In this document: positions 25,000-36,800 of the stretch, one piece after another
How the letters are laid out: each line of letters starts with the position of its first letter
Position numbering within the stretch: position 1 is the first letter of the stretch
Made by a program: the position numbers and the translations under genes
Assembly (NCBI GenBank): GCA_002633005.1
Contig: NMRA01000075.1
Span: 1-64,000, forward strand
Direction: 5' to 3'
Source of the DNA: Phoronis australis
Lineage: Eukaryota > Animalia > Phoronida
DNA length: 64,000 nt
The notes under the pieces: model-generated
What the model was told of the DNA's origin: nothing
What the model saw: the letters and a program-made list of their open reading frames with translations, nothing else
Databases searched by the model: none

Positions 25000-26111
25000 T
25001 GTCTAAGACACCACACTATGAGCCATGTTTTGATATTCTCCATGTTGTGCGCAACTCTACGCAACACCACATGTGGCTGGTCATTATCGAGAACTGTGGC
25101 TCGGCTGACGTGGCTGCAAGTTTGAACTCTCACTCGACTGTCTCTCAGTATTTCTCCTGTCTCCAAGTAAATCATTCTGCCCGGCATTTATGACCAGAAG
25201 CTGTCAGCATACCGGACCGTTTGAGACTAAAAGAGGGCCAAAATGTTTTGTTAACAACAAACACACATCGTTCCGATTGTCATTTTGCATTCACCCAATA
25301 CAGGAGGTAATATTAGCGACATCCTTTGCTGCTCACGCTTTCACGAGTCATCTAAATTTACCGCAAGTGTTAATATGTCGCTATCTATGAAGAAGCAGGG
25401 GTTGCAATCTGCAACTATACTGAACCTGCTGACAATGATGGTAGATCCAGCTACAGTTGCGTTTCGATCGAGCACATCTTCAAGACATTGTTAAAGGGGC
25501 AGATGATTATTGTGACCCACGTGAAGAAGTTCGAGGTTTTTGCTTGTGCTGAAAATTGACATCTCAATCGTCACATGTCAGCAGTCTTAACAGCATCAAA
25601 TGCTCCTCAAGCACTTAATATGGATTCAGTTTTTCTGAGTTTCAAGGTCTCATTGGTCTGACTTGAGTTAACAAAAAGTTGGGAACATCAAGAGTAAGTT
25701 TGCTGAGAGTGCTGAAAGGCGTTTGTGTTGTTTTCGGTACTTTTATATCACGATAATAATGTGTGGGGGGTGATGTTCGTGTGTGTGAAACACTTACCAC
25801 GGCTAGGCAAGCTTTACTTTCCCGTACTGCGCCGCAACACCCAATTAGGGAAACAGCAAATATAATAGTTCCGACACCTTTAAATACGAAGAAATTATCA
25901 TCAGCCTAACGAGATTTCCATGCTCATTCGTTCATCTTTGGAGACTCGGTAAATCGACAGAACTAGACGACGGGTATAGATAGCAAATGAATAAAGTTTT
26001 GCCCACTTTGCCAGAAGATAGGTCAAGAATACTTTCTAAGGACTGTCTGCATGAGACAACTCGTACGCTAACATTTTGCCTTTTGTCGCTGCAACGCTAT
26101 AAGCCAAATAG

Positions 26112-28687
26112 TATGATGGGCCGTTGGGGGGAAAGTGTCGCCGGAAAAATACGAGCGTAATTGTGTACATTACGCCGTTATTTACGCCGTTAATTACGCC
26201 GTAAAATTACGAGCGTACATGTAAGTTAATTCTTTACGGCGTAAAATTACGCTAGTAATTTAGTTTAAACTCTTAGCCAATGACGTCGGGTTTTACAATC
26301 CACGATCGTGCGCGCTCATTGAAATACTTATTTACTGACGGATTTCATGTCTACGATACGAGCGCTGAATCATGGCGGATCAAATTGCTGCTGCTATGTC
26401 AGCGATTGACCTATCGCCAAGATTATGACGGACGGCTTAATTGACTAATCAGAACGCAGCATTCTTGGCACACCTTCGTCTGCGTTTCCAAGCCGCCATT
26501 TTACCCGACAAACCACACGTACATGTAGTCGAGTAAAACTTACTTTAGTTTATAGCTCAAGAAATTGTCCGCTAAGAATGAGGAAACGGTGCTGATATGG
26601 CGTGTGTAGCACCGACAGCCGTTATGCTGCTCCAGAATAATATCCCGTCATTTTTGGCATGTCCAAAGCCGAAAAAGATGTTGAAAATTAAAGCGTAAAC
26701 TATGGATCAAACTGTACGGCCACACGAGCAGCTGAACTTAGCGATGTTGCTTGATAACTCGAAAGCTATAATAAACACAAATATATTAGTTCCAAGATAC
26801 GTACTTTTCGGCTTGGTGGCTATGGTGCAGGGCTATCTCAGATTGTGACTCCCGAGTTTCCTACGTGTTCTGGCCGCCTTTGTCTCGACACCTGCTGGAT
26901 CTCAGCACTCTAGCGGTATAGTTCCCGGAAATTGTTGTTTTCGATGACATTTTTATTTTATGTTTTTCTTATTTATTTCAACCTAACAGAGGTTCATTTT
27001 TGTTATTTGTTAAACCCTTAGGCTGGCGTTCAACTGAACTTCTCTCCCGGTCAAAATTCAGAGATTTGATCATCGGCACAGGGAGGGGCACTGGATTACT
27101 GCCGGTAACTCAAAGCCTTGGTCGAGCTGTTGTCACTAAAAATAAACTGTTGAATTACTTTTTGACGTGTACTTCTAGTATACACTATGTCTGTAGAGTT
27201 AGACAGAGCTCGTTTTGAAGTTGTTCAAACATGATATTTAGATTTATGAAGCTTTAAAATAGAATTTGAGTTATTTTTGTAAATACCCTATTTTTGCAAC
27301 TACCACACCAGACTTGTAATCTTTTGTAACCATACCACGACTTAGTGATCATGCTACCTTCAAAATTAAATGAAAGTTACCTTTATGGAATGAAACTACA
27401 AAAAATGCCAAGTTCGTAAGAAGGTAGGCCTAATTTAAATGTCTTAATGGTGCAAACGGACAATTCCATAGGCGGATTTAGGGGGGAGGGGGCAGGGGCT
27501 CCAGTCCCCCCCTCCTCCCGCAAGCAAAATGAAACAGCAAGAGCGTGAAGCATGAGGAAATATTGAGTTCAGTAACTAGGACCGATAGCGGTAGAGGGGG
27601 GCTCAGACCCCAGATCGCGGCGGAATCGTGTTCCTGTTTTTTTTTAGTCCACCGATAGATTTTCTGAACAGAAGGTCCAAACGTCTACATCCCCGGCCCT
27701 TGCAAATTTCGGGCCGCCTGTGCACATACAATTGCACTTTGCCCAATTCCTCGAGGCAACATGTTGGACCCCTTGTGGTATCCTAGATCCGCCACTGAGT
27801 TCCAGACATTAACTTGACTTAGACACAGCCCTAGACCTTCCGGAGTTAACTGTTTGCCTAGGACGAAATGAATGTGTACTTGAGCTATGAAGCTGAATTT
27901 TTTTATCAAAATATTCCGTTACAAGATTAGAAAAGCGTAAACAGTGCTATCGAGTCGACTGCTCGAAGAAAAAGTTTGATAACGGGAGTATTTGCTCAAA
28001 TTGGAAGGAAATAAACACATCGACAACCTCCTAAGGTGTTTCTCTATGCGCAAAAGGTATTTATAACATCGTGACTTTGATGGTTTAGTCGGTGCGAGGC
28101 ATAATTCGCCGAAAAGCTTCCGGCCTACAGAGCGCCTATAGGAGCTGCATCGCCTCTGGTTCGGGCCAACAGAGGCGATGGTCATTGCCTAGCCCCGAGG
28201 CAGAGGGGTTCTTCGGATTTTCGCTGGCTCCTCGAGCCATTTTTTCATCGTCACCTTTACAAATTCCCATATCATCAACGTACGATTCTCTGTTGAAAAG
28301 CATCGCCTCTTGTCTCTGTCGACGCGTTTTCAAATAGTACAAAAACACTCATCGATTCCACCAGCAACGTCGTTTAGCGACAGTGTATTTGCCTCTGACA
28401 TCTCGTTCGAATGTCGGGTATCACGTGACTTTTCGCATAGGGGCGGAGCTTGCGATAGGTCAATTGTGCAAGAACGAGCTGCCCAGCAACAGTCGTGTAT
28501 GTTAGGTCATCACTGATTGGTATAAGTTTGGATCGTTTTTAAGGTATTTTACGAGCGTAATTTTCGGCGACATTTCCCCTTTTAATTTACGGGCGTAATT
28601 TTAATTCCACACTCATGCAATTTAATTTACGCTCGTAATTACGAGCGTAATTTTACGGCGACACCTTCCCCTCAACGGCCAACCATA
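26112..28687. mobile_element. 2.6-kb TIR DNA transposon derivative, IS3EU-like
   Basis: Imperfect ~40-bp TIRs TATGATGGGCCGTTGGGGGGAAAGTGTCGCCG / CGGCGACACCTTCCCCTCAACGGCCAACCATA; 6-bp TSD AAATAG on both sides; subterminal AATTACGAGCGTAA/TTACGCCGT repeats. Confidence 0.75.
27467..27797. mobile_element. hAT-like MITE with 5-bp TSD, nested in the IS3EU-like element
   Basis: Ends CATAGGCGGATTTAGG / CCTAGATCCGCCACTG; flanks AATTC and AGTTC. Confidence 0.6.
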
Positions 28688-29513
28688 AAATAGTGATTAA
28701 CTCGTCTTTCACAAAAGTTAATGAATATACGTGGCTTGGCCGCTCTGAAGAAGAAAACGTATTCGCTAATTTTTCTTAAAGTGTACTGGTTATAAAAATT
28801 CAAAGACAGCTAATGCTTACTTTTCAATTTTAAAAACAGTTCAAGTTAATCGTTTGCTTTACTTATTAATTTTCATTTTCGCACTTTGAAACTGTACATT
28901 TAGCGGGCACGTTTTACGACTGTAATTATCCCATACAATACAAGCCCATGAATACCAACTAGCTCACTTAAATCTTCAGCGGCGCCATCAAACCTTTGAT
29001 GTACCCAGAACTTCGCTGGAGATTGTAGGGTGAAAGATGTACGCATTCTCGCCGATTTACGTGCAAATAGTGTTAGAGTACGACTTAGAGTTTAACAACC
29101 ACACAGGGATATTCCGTGACCGCGCCTTTGCGCCATTAGCGCATAAAAATTAAAAGGGACAATTTTTTTCACCAGGTCTGCCTAAAGGGTACAGGTTCAA
29201 ACCTGGTCAGGGTATCACTGTTAGACGTGAACATGACTGTTCTTATTTGGATAATCCGGTCTTGGGGTTTCTGTTTCCTATGTCACATCTTAAATTGCAC
29301 TAAGTCTGCAGGGCACAATTTTTTAAGAGACACACAAAGTGCGCAAAGGGCACAAGTTCAAACCTGGTCAGGAATATTCCTGCACAAAAAGGTTCTTTGT
29401 AGTATTTCGACGATAGCATTCATACAGCAAGCTGGCTAGCTAATGGCATCGCTAGTTAACATTATCTGTATTGCAACATACTGTGACCTTAGAACGACTC
29501 GTCATAAACGTAC

Positions 29514-29709
29514 CTTGTAGCGCAAAGGCGAGCTGCAGAAACAGATAAACATTTTGGGATTCCGTCACGAGAATAGTCAAGTTCAGCAGCGAAGGGTTGG
29601 TTCTAAACAATACTCCAAATCCCAGCAGCACGGCGCCCATCAGCCAGTAGAAACCGTTGAAATAGATCATGAAGCATCTGGCAACATTTGCTCCGCAGTT
29701 TATTGGCAT
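29514..29709 (-). CDS. Tetraspanin-like first coding exon (TM1, small extracellular loop, start of TM2)
   Basis: MPINCGANVARCFMIYFNGFYWLMGAVLLGFGV matches the tetraspanin C..xxFNxxxWLxGxxLLGxG pattern; donor G|GTACGT. Later exons were not found. Confidence 0.7.
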
Positions 29710-32700
29710 AATGTAATCATTTTATATCCAAATTCGATCACATAGCCACGATATCTAGGACCAAGAATTCACGAATGTTTTCACGGAGCAGCGTTTTGCA
29801 TAGATTTGCTACGTTGTTTCACGTAACTTAACTTGTTTCGTAATAATGACACGAAACTAACTGATTGATTATAGTTTACGTCTTCAAACTGCACAGTAAC
29901 TTGTAAAATCCTGACGCCACGCTAGATCGAGTGACTTCACTTATCGCATGCACGAAAAAAATATCACGAGCGATTTTCATAGAAATTAGCAATCTCTTTT
30001 ACAGTTTTTATGTTAACTTTGAAAGATACTCCTTCCATTTCATTTTAGTACAGAAACTCATAAAATAGATTTAGTTGAATATTAAGTCCAAATATCGTTC
30101 AATCAACACAAGCCAAGTATTTTCAAACTTAACTGAGTTTAATACGAATTTTTAACTTCAATGTTGTTTTTGGTGATACACAACCACCGAAAATAGTGAG
30201 TGAAAGCTGGCTCATGCATTATGGATACTAACTCAACTGCCGCCGTATGTGAAAAGATTTTCGTGGAAATCCAGACCGTTTTCTAAAAAAAATATTAATA
30301 ACGTTTAGTACAACAAGGCAAACTCAAACAAGGCTGAAATTTACCAAATTTTTAAGTATTAGTGATATCTTTCAACCGGCGACACTCACCCCGTGTTCTA
30401 AACTGGTGAATGTAAAGAAACAAAACTATTACCGTAAGCTCATGAAAATTCAGTACATACAACTGTATAACGCGTTTAGAATATCACTGTGACCACAGTG
30501 CAACCTTCAATTGTCAATGCAAGGCCGTATGAAGTATGAAGCGCCACCCGCACACCCAACCCCTTCCCCAATAATTTTCGGGCGTCAGGCTTAAGCCTTC
30601 GCATGGAACCGGGGGCAGTTGGGAAAGAGATGTTGCGAAACACATGGTAGACTTAAAATACAAGAGAACATTACCCCAGTCATTGATGTACCATTTGAGG
30701 AGCCTGGCTTACACCTTGTTGTCAGGTGGCCGATTTTTGCAGCAAAGATCGTCTAACTCCAATTGAAAACATGCGCTTCTACATTCCTGTATTTCCAAAA
30801 GTCCAGTGTATTTGTAAAGGTTAACTTTTGCAGAGCATACTAAATCACTTGATTTTTAGGGACTGTAAAACTATATTTCTGGAGGGGCACCTCTTTGACT
30901 AGAGATAATGCAGTCATTTGTCACTCTCTTCTTTCTTTTTTTCTCGAAATTATGTAACTTGAGTCCTGTTGCTCATTTCCTGGTTTTTAAATTATGTTTG
31001 CAGTGTGAAGTTGGGAGGATCGGTGTCATCCGATCGCTAAATAGCAAAGTACACTAAACGATTTTTAAAATAATCACAAAGATATTTATGAATTCGTAAA
31101 ATTCTGGTGTGTCCCAAAAACGGCGTACACAGACTGCACTGGCAGTTCAAATGGCAACAAATGCATTCTTGACTTATGAACACGACCAATGATTTGAAAT
31201 ATAAAAAAGAGGTCAAAAGAGAATTAAATCCTCAAAAATTTAATGCGCTGCTCATTAACTTCGGAAGATTAATTGTCTTTGTAATTCCTTGATGTCTTTT
31301 AGTTTCCAGTAGTATTGCTCAATAGGATTTTATTTTCCAAAACTGAGTCGTTTGTTTACCAATCCCGTGCGTACAGAGCATGTGATGGCCCATGCATGCG
31401 CACAGACACGTGATGGCCCACGCATTGTGTTTCACAACAAGACGTAACTTTACAGCAGGCCCGGGCGCAGAATCTGATCTGTGGGAACTGAATTTGAACT
31501 CCCGGTAACATAGTTGTACTGAGGTGTGAGTACATTTTGCTACACCTTGTGTATCATTTGTTTCTTGCCACCACTGCGTGTTTTATCAAAGAATTTTTAA
31601 TTATCCCCCCAGGCAGAGTACCAGAGACCCGGAAACCTCGCCCTTTCAAAATATAGCTTCAAAGTATGACCCTGATAAAATGAACTTTCCTCAAACTGAT
31701 CTATGGCGAAATCAAATTGACCTTAGGGCCAGAGCAAACTGATAGATACGAGCTGACCTGCCTATCTAGAGTGAATGAAAATTGAGCTGACCAGCAGCTA
31801 GCCTAATTCATCCAATTCCTATATAGAAACCTTGAGTTGGCATGAGGTGTTATCTCACAGCTATATTCATTGAGGCAGGCAGCGTAGTTCTCAGTTATCC
31901 CTCTGCGTTTGCCGTTAGGCCTCATTCTCCTATCCATGAAAATTTGTTGGAACACCATTACCCAAGTACTGATGGCTGCTTCCCAACCCCATTATGGCGT
32001 GGGGGTCGAGTATAAAATTGGTGACGTCCGGCAAATGGAGAGAAGGGACGGAGGTGGTAGCTGCGATAAAAAGGGGGGGAGCCAAGTGTGACGAAGTTGG
32101 GTCGGTTTGTGCTCCCCCCCTCCCCTTCCCCCCTCAGTTCTTTGCACACCTCCTTCCCATCTGAGTAAGGAACAAGTTGAAACCAACTTTGCGGCAGTAT
32201 GTGGCCTAAATCAAAGGTTCTCTTTTTGAACGGTTTACAACCATTCTTACTTTTGAAACTTTCTGACGTAGTAGATCACGTGGCGATTCTCCGGGGCATT
32301 TTAGAATTCGGTGATACCCCATAAGATTTAATTAATAATTGTCTTGAGTGAGAAATTTATTAATTAATAAAGTTTAACATTTGTGACAATACTAACATGA
32401 AACAAACCAGCGTGCATGTATACAGGGTGAGAAAGAAATATGTTAAAAACTTTAAATAGCCAAAACTTCGTAAAAGTTATAAAACCAAGATGTTACACAT
32501 TATTTATGGTGTCCTCCTTGCCTAAGCGACTGTTGTTAACGCATTGTTCAACGGAGATTCCTCAGCGTTACTGCCCCTGCTCAAAATGAATGACTGTGTT
32601 TTTATGGTCTCTAGTGCAATTTGCTGCTGTAAAGTGTGTGAACTGTATCTAGTTGGATTCCGCTTTGATAACTGACTCAATTATATATGGTTTCATTCAA

Positions 32701-32807
32701 AATTTAATGTGCCTACTGACTGAACAATATACATACAACGTAGATGTACAATGGCACTGTTGGTCACCACATGTCGGGAGCGACTCGTGTACGAGTCAGC
32801 TCCGCAC

Positions 32808-33256
32808 CTATCGGAGTTTTCCGTGGATAAGCCCATGGGCGTGTATTCGGAAAATGAAAAATTTCAGGCATTTCAGTAACACCAAATAAACGACCGGGCG
32901 TTTTTTTCGGAAAGAGGCATGTAAACGTAAAGTGATATCCTCACCTGATATGAAAATATCCGATTTTTTCATAAAACTGTATTTTTTATTTTAGTTGATA
33001 AATACATAGTTCGCTAAAACTTTTTTCAATTTTATAAATGATAAATGCTCCACAAAAATGAAGTTGTGGCTAAAAGCTGACGCTAAGTGGGCTTTTAAGG
33101 GGACATTTTCCGAATGAATGCCCCGCTGTCTGGACACTTGACACCAGAAGTTTCAACACCAAATAAACGCCCACGGGCGTTTATTCGGCATAACTTTCCG
33201 AATAAAAGCCCATGGGCGTTTCATCGAATGGGCTTATCTACGGAAAACCCCAATAG
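32808..33256. mobile_element. MITE with long TIRs
   Basis: CTATCGGAGTTTTCCGTGGATAAGCCCAT / ATGGGCTTATCTACGGAAAACCCCAATAG. Confidence 0.7.
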
Positions 33257-33814
33257 AACTGACACACAATGTTGCATGGGCTTAAAAACAGTTAAACAAT
33301 ATGACTTGTCGAAAATTTACATGAAATGTAAGTGGAAGAAATTATCGAAAACAAAGATGGTGGTTTGGCGTTGATTTTACTGCTTGTATTTAAAAGATAA
33401 TGGCGCGTGTTTTTCTGCTGAAAATACCTCGCTACACGTGCCGATAATCTGACCGGGTCTAAATGACACATTCTAGTGTTGGCTTGCGAAATAGTTCATG
33501 CCCGTGTAGCTATAGCTTTTTCGTATTGTTTATATGGAAATAGCGTGGACACTACCCACATGAATAAATCAACAAGCCCATGAATTAAAAATGGCGCTTG
33601 CCGAAAGTACAGAATTATCGGTGAGTACAGACTGCGAACAAACTGCGCGAATCGATTCACTCCATGGTGATCAAAACATCCGTACACGACTATGTTTTCC
33701 TTGATGCATAATTTGAAGTTTTGATTTAAAATATTAAGGCCAAATAGTGTTCCACGAGGGTTTTTTCTGCAGCGTAACGTCTGCAAAACGTTATCATACA
33801 AACAAATTACATTC

Positions 33815-36800
33815 TTATATATAACCTCCGGTCATTTCAACTTTCTGTTTCTTCATGATCTCTTTTCTCTGTTGAACTTTCAACATTTGTCGTCGGCGTT
33901 CCTCTGTTTTGAGATGATCTACCATAACCAGTCCTTTCATCAAAATTTCGGTTTGCTCTTGATAGTTTCCAGCTAAATTTTCCTGCAAATGAGGAAACAA
34001 TGTGAGAGGCATTATTTGTAATAGAATACCAAACTCGGATTTCTGGCCTACAAACAGATACTAAAATGACTTTACCATCCAGTTTTTTGAAACAAAATAT
34101 TCCTCTGTAACCCTCACCGAACCTCAAAGGCCGGGTATGGAGCAAAATTTGAAAACTCCTTTCAAAGTCTCCTAAACGAGCAAACGTGACCAAAGCTTTT
34201 AGCAAACTACACGGCAACTTTGGGAAAAGACCACCCTCTAACTACCATAATGTCCAACCTGTGACATGGGGAGTATGAGTTTTTAATTGATTCCTGCGTT
34301 TAACTTGAAAGATCGGCGTCAACGATGCATTCAGGAGAGAGGACGAGGATTCGTGGAAATCACCAAAACAAGGTTTAGTATCCTTTTAATAGTACTGAAT
34401 CCAAATGTCACGTCAAGTACGTATCAGAGTCATCAGGGCCTTTCATACTATCGTCGACGCGTCGATGGTTTGGGGAGTTGCGGTCAGTATGAACGCTTAA
34501 CTCCGGTCCTGGATCGCAGTTAATAGCTCCAATTAACATCGCAGTTAACAGGTGGATTTAAGACCTCAGCATCGACGCTGCGGTGCAGTATGAACGCTTA
34601 GTCCGGTTCAATCGAAAATATCACCAGGTGCCACTGTTATCGTCAACAGTTACAAGGTAGTGCCGTCACTAATAGCTGCTTATATTTTGCTCTAATAACC
34701 AATCGATTTAAAATAAGTTTAATGTCACTTAGCACATGTAAATATTTCCAAATTGAAACATTGAAAAAAATCGTAGCGTGCAACGCTACCTTGCTATAAC
34801 TTCGATGACGACAGCGGCACCAACCGCTTACTTCGATGTTCATTAACTACCGAAGCCAGTATGAACGGTCCTGTTAACTACGCTGTTTACGTCGACGCTA
34901 CCCTCAGACCGGAGTGAAGTCAATATGAAAGGGCCTGTCATCGTTCCGGGCATCGCTGCCAAAACATCTCACCTTGTTTACGGCACCGAGTTGTTTCGCT
35001 GGCGTCTCAGGCCGGGGCTCACTGCGGCTTCTCCTGTGAGAGGATCTCTGCTGTCTTCTCCTCACTTCAAAATTGTTGTCATCCGGACTGCAAGGTTTCG
35101 CTTTGTTCATGTCGTTTTCTTTCACGAGGGGTCGACTGTGTGAGATATTCAAATTTCGCTTGATGACTTCATCGTCCGTCTTGCTACAAAGCGTATCGAT
35201 TGGCAGATGAACCGAGGCCGGTGCTACGTCAATCAGCTTTGTTCTTTGAACAGACTTCTTTTTAAACCGCGATGGTGCCTGAAAAAGACGTGTTTATTGA
35301 CATTACTAACAAAGTGAAAAATATATATAGAATGCATATAGACGTATGCATATATATATATAGATAAACATTTTTATACCACAGTATTAGCGTCAAATGG
35401 CAGATACAACGGTGTAATAACCCATAAAGTTATCTCATTAGTGAGATAACGATTTGGCGGGAAACCGAGGACGGAGTCGAACCCGGGACCCTGGATTTGC
35501 TATTCGCAGACTTTACCACTACACCACGCAGCGACTGACGTCATAAAGAGTGAAAATAAAATACTTAAATGAGCACGCGCAATAATCGCATGTTAAACAA
35601 ACCGCATTGTACTGTACTTATGCGCTACGAAAAATAAGACACATAATTTCCATGAAAAATGATATCTTAATTCAGTGAATTTTTTTCTCTCATGTCCTCT
35701 TACTTGTAAATCACCGATCTACAGTTTGAATGCGGGTATCGTGTCGTCAGGATCTTTGACTTGAGAATTATATTCAGTAACCAGTGGTAACCTACTTTAG
35801 CAGACGATAATTTCCCGGTCGAAGCTTAGCGTGAAAAAAACGTGTTTTAAGCTATAATAGTTGGTAAACCTTAATTCATAAATTCAATTTATTTCTATAA
35901 TATTTAAGTTTTCAATTGGTTTTGAGTAAAAGCATTATTTGACAAAAATAGCCCGGCTTTTCTTAAAAGGTCACGACCTCCGACCCTTGGCCTCTGACAT
36001 AGAAAGTAGTAACAAAGCCGTGGAGAGTCAGAAAAGGTAAATCGATTCATTGCAATGTTTCTCGTTTAGTATGTGGTATAAATAGATTATTACATGTTCT
36101 CAGCCGTTATACCCCTTATCTAGAGCCCTCGAGGATTTTGGAGAATGATCACCCTCGGGGCTAACGCCCCTCGGGCGATAATTCTCCAAAATCCTCTCGG
36201 GCTCTAGATAACGGGGGATAACGACTTCGTCATGTAATAATCTATACATGCATGCTATACATACATACATACATATATAAACTTCGTTAAAGCCTAACTT
36301 CAACGGAATTGTGTTACTTCTGATGTATTAAGCTAACCAAATAGTCTTATCAAAGCAGTTTGTAAAAAAAGAAAATGCGAGTTCAATCGCGCAAGTGTAA
36401 GCCCGTCGAATGATAAGTGAAGCTGCCTTTTCGTGTGGCGACACCGCGAGATCCTAGCACAAACAACAAAAGGTTGTATTGAATAGGGGCCTGAATAGTG
36501 CGGGTGTTATTTGCAGCTGTTTGAATTTAAAGATGATTCTCGCGGTGACGTAGACAAAAGCAGGCTAATATGCCTAACAGTTCGTTACGTTTGGCAATTT
36601 ATGGCACTAATAGGCTCAGAGGGATGTTCTTAACATACTGTAGGAACCAAATTTACAGGTGTTACCGTTGAAGATAGGCTTTAAAGACACGACTAGACTT
36701 TTTGTTAGCGAGCTTCATACTGGTACGTTCGTAATTTCAGAACAGTCTCCTTTCTTCTGGTGTGCAGGTATGAAGTAAAAGACCGAGAGACATAACAAAC

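Noticed and set aside
35468-35535. Functional tRNA gene
   Set aside because: Pol III boxes are present but the cloverleaf stems fail; a similar decayed motif near 56190-56260 is also rejected.
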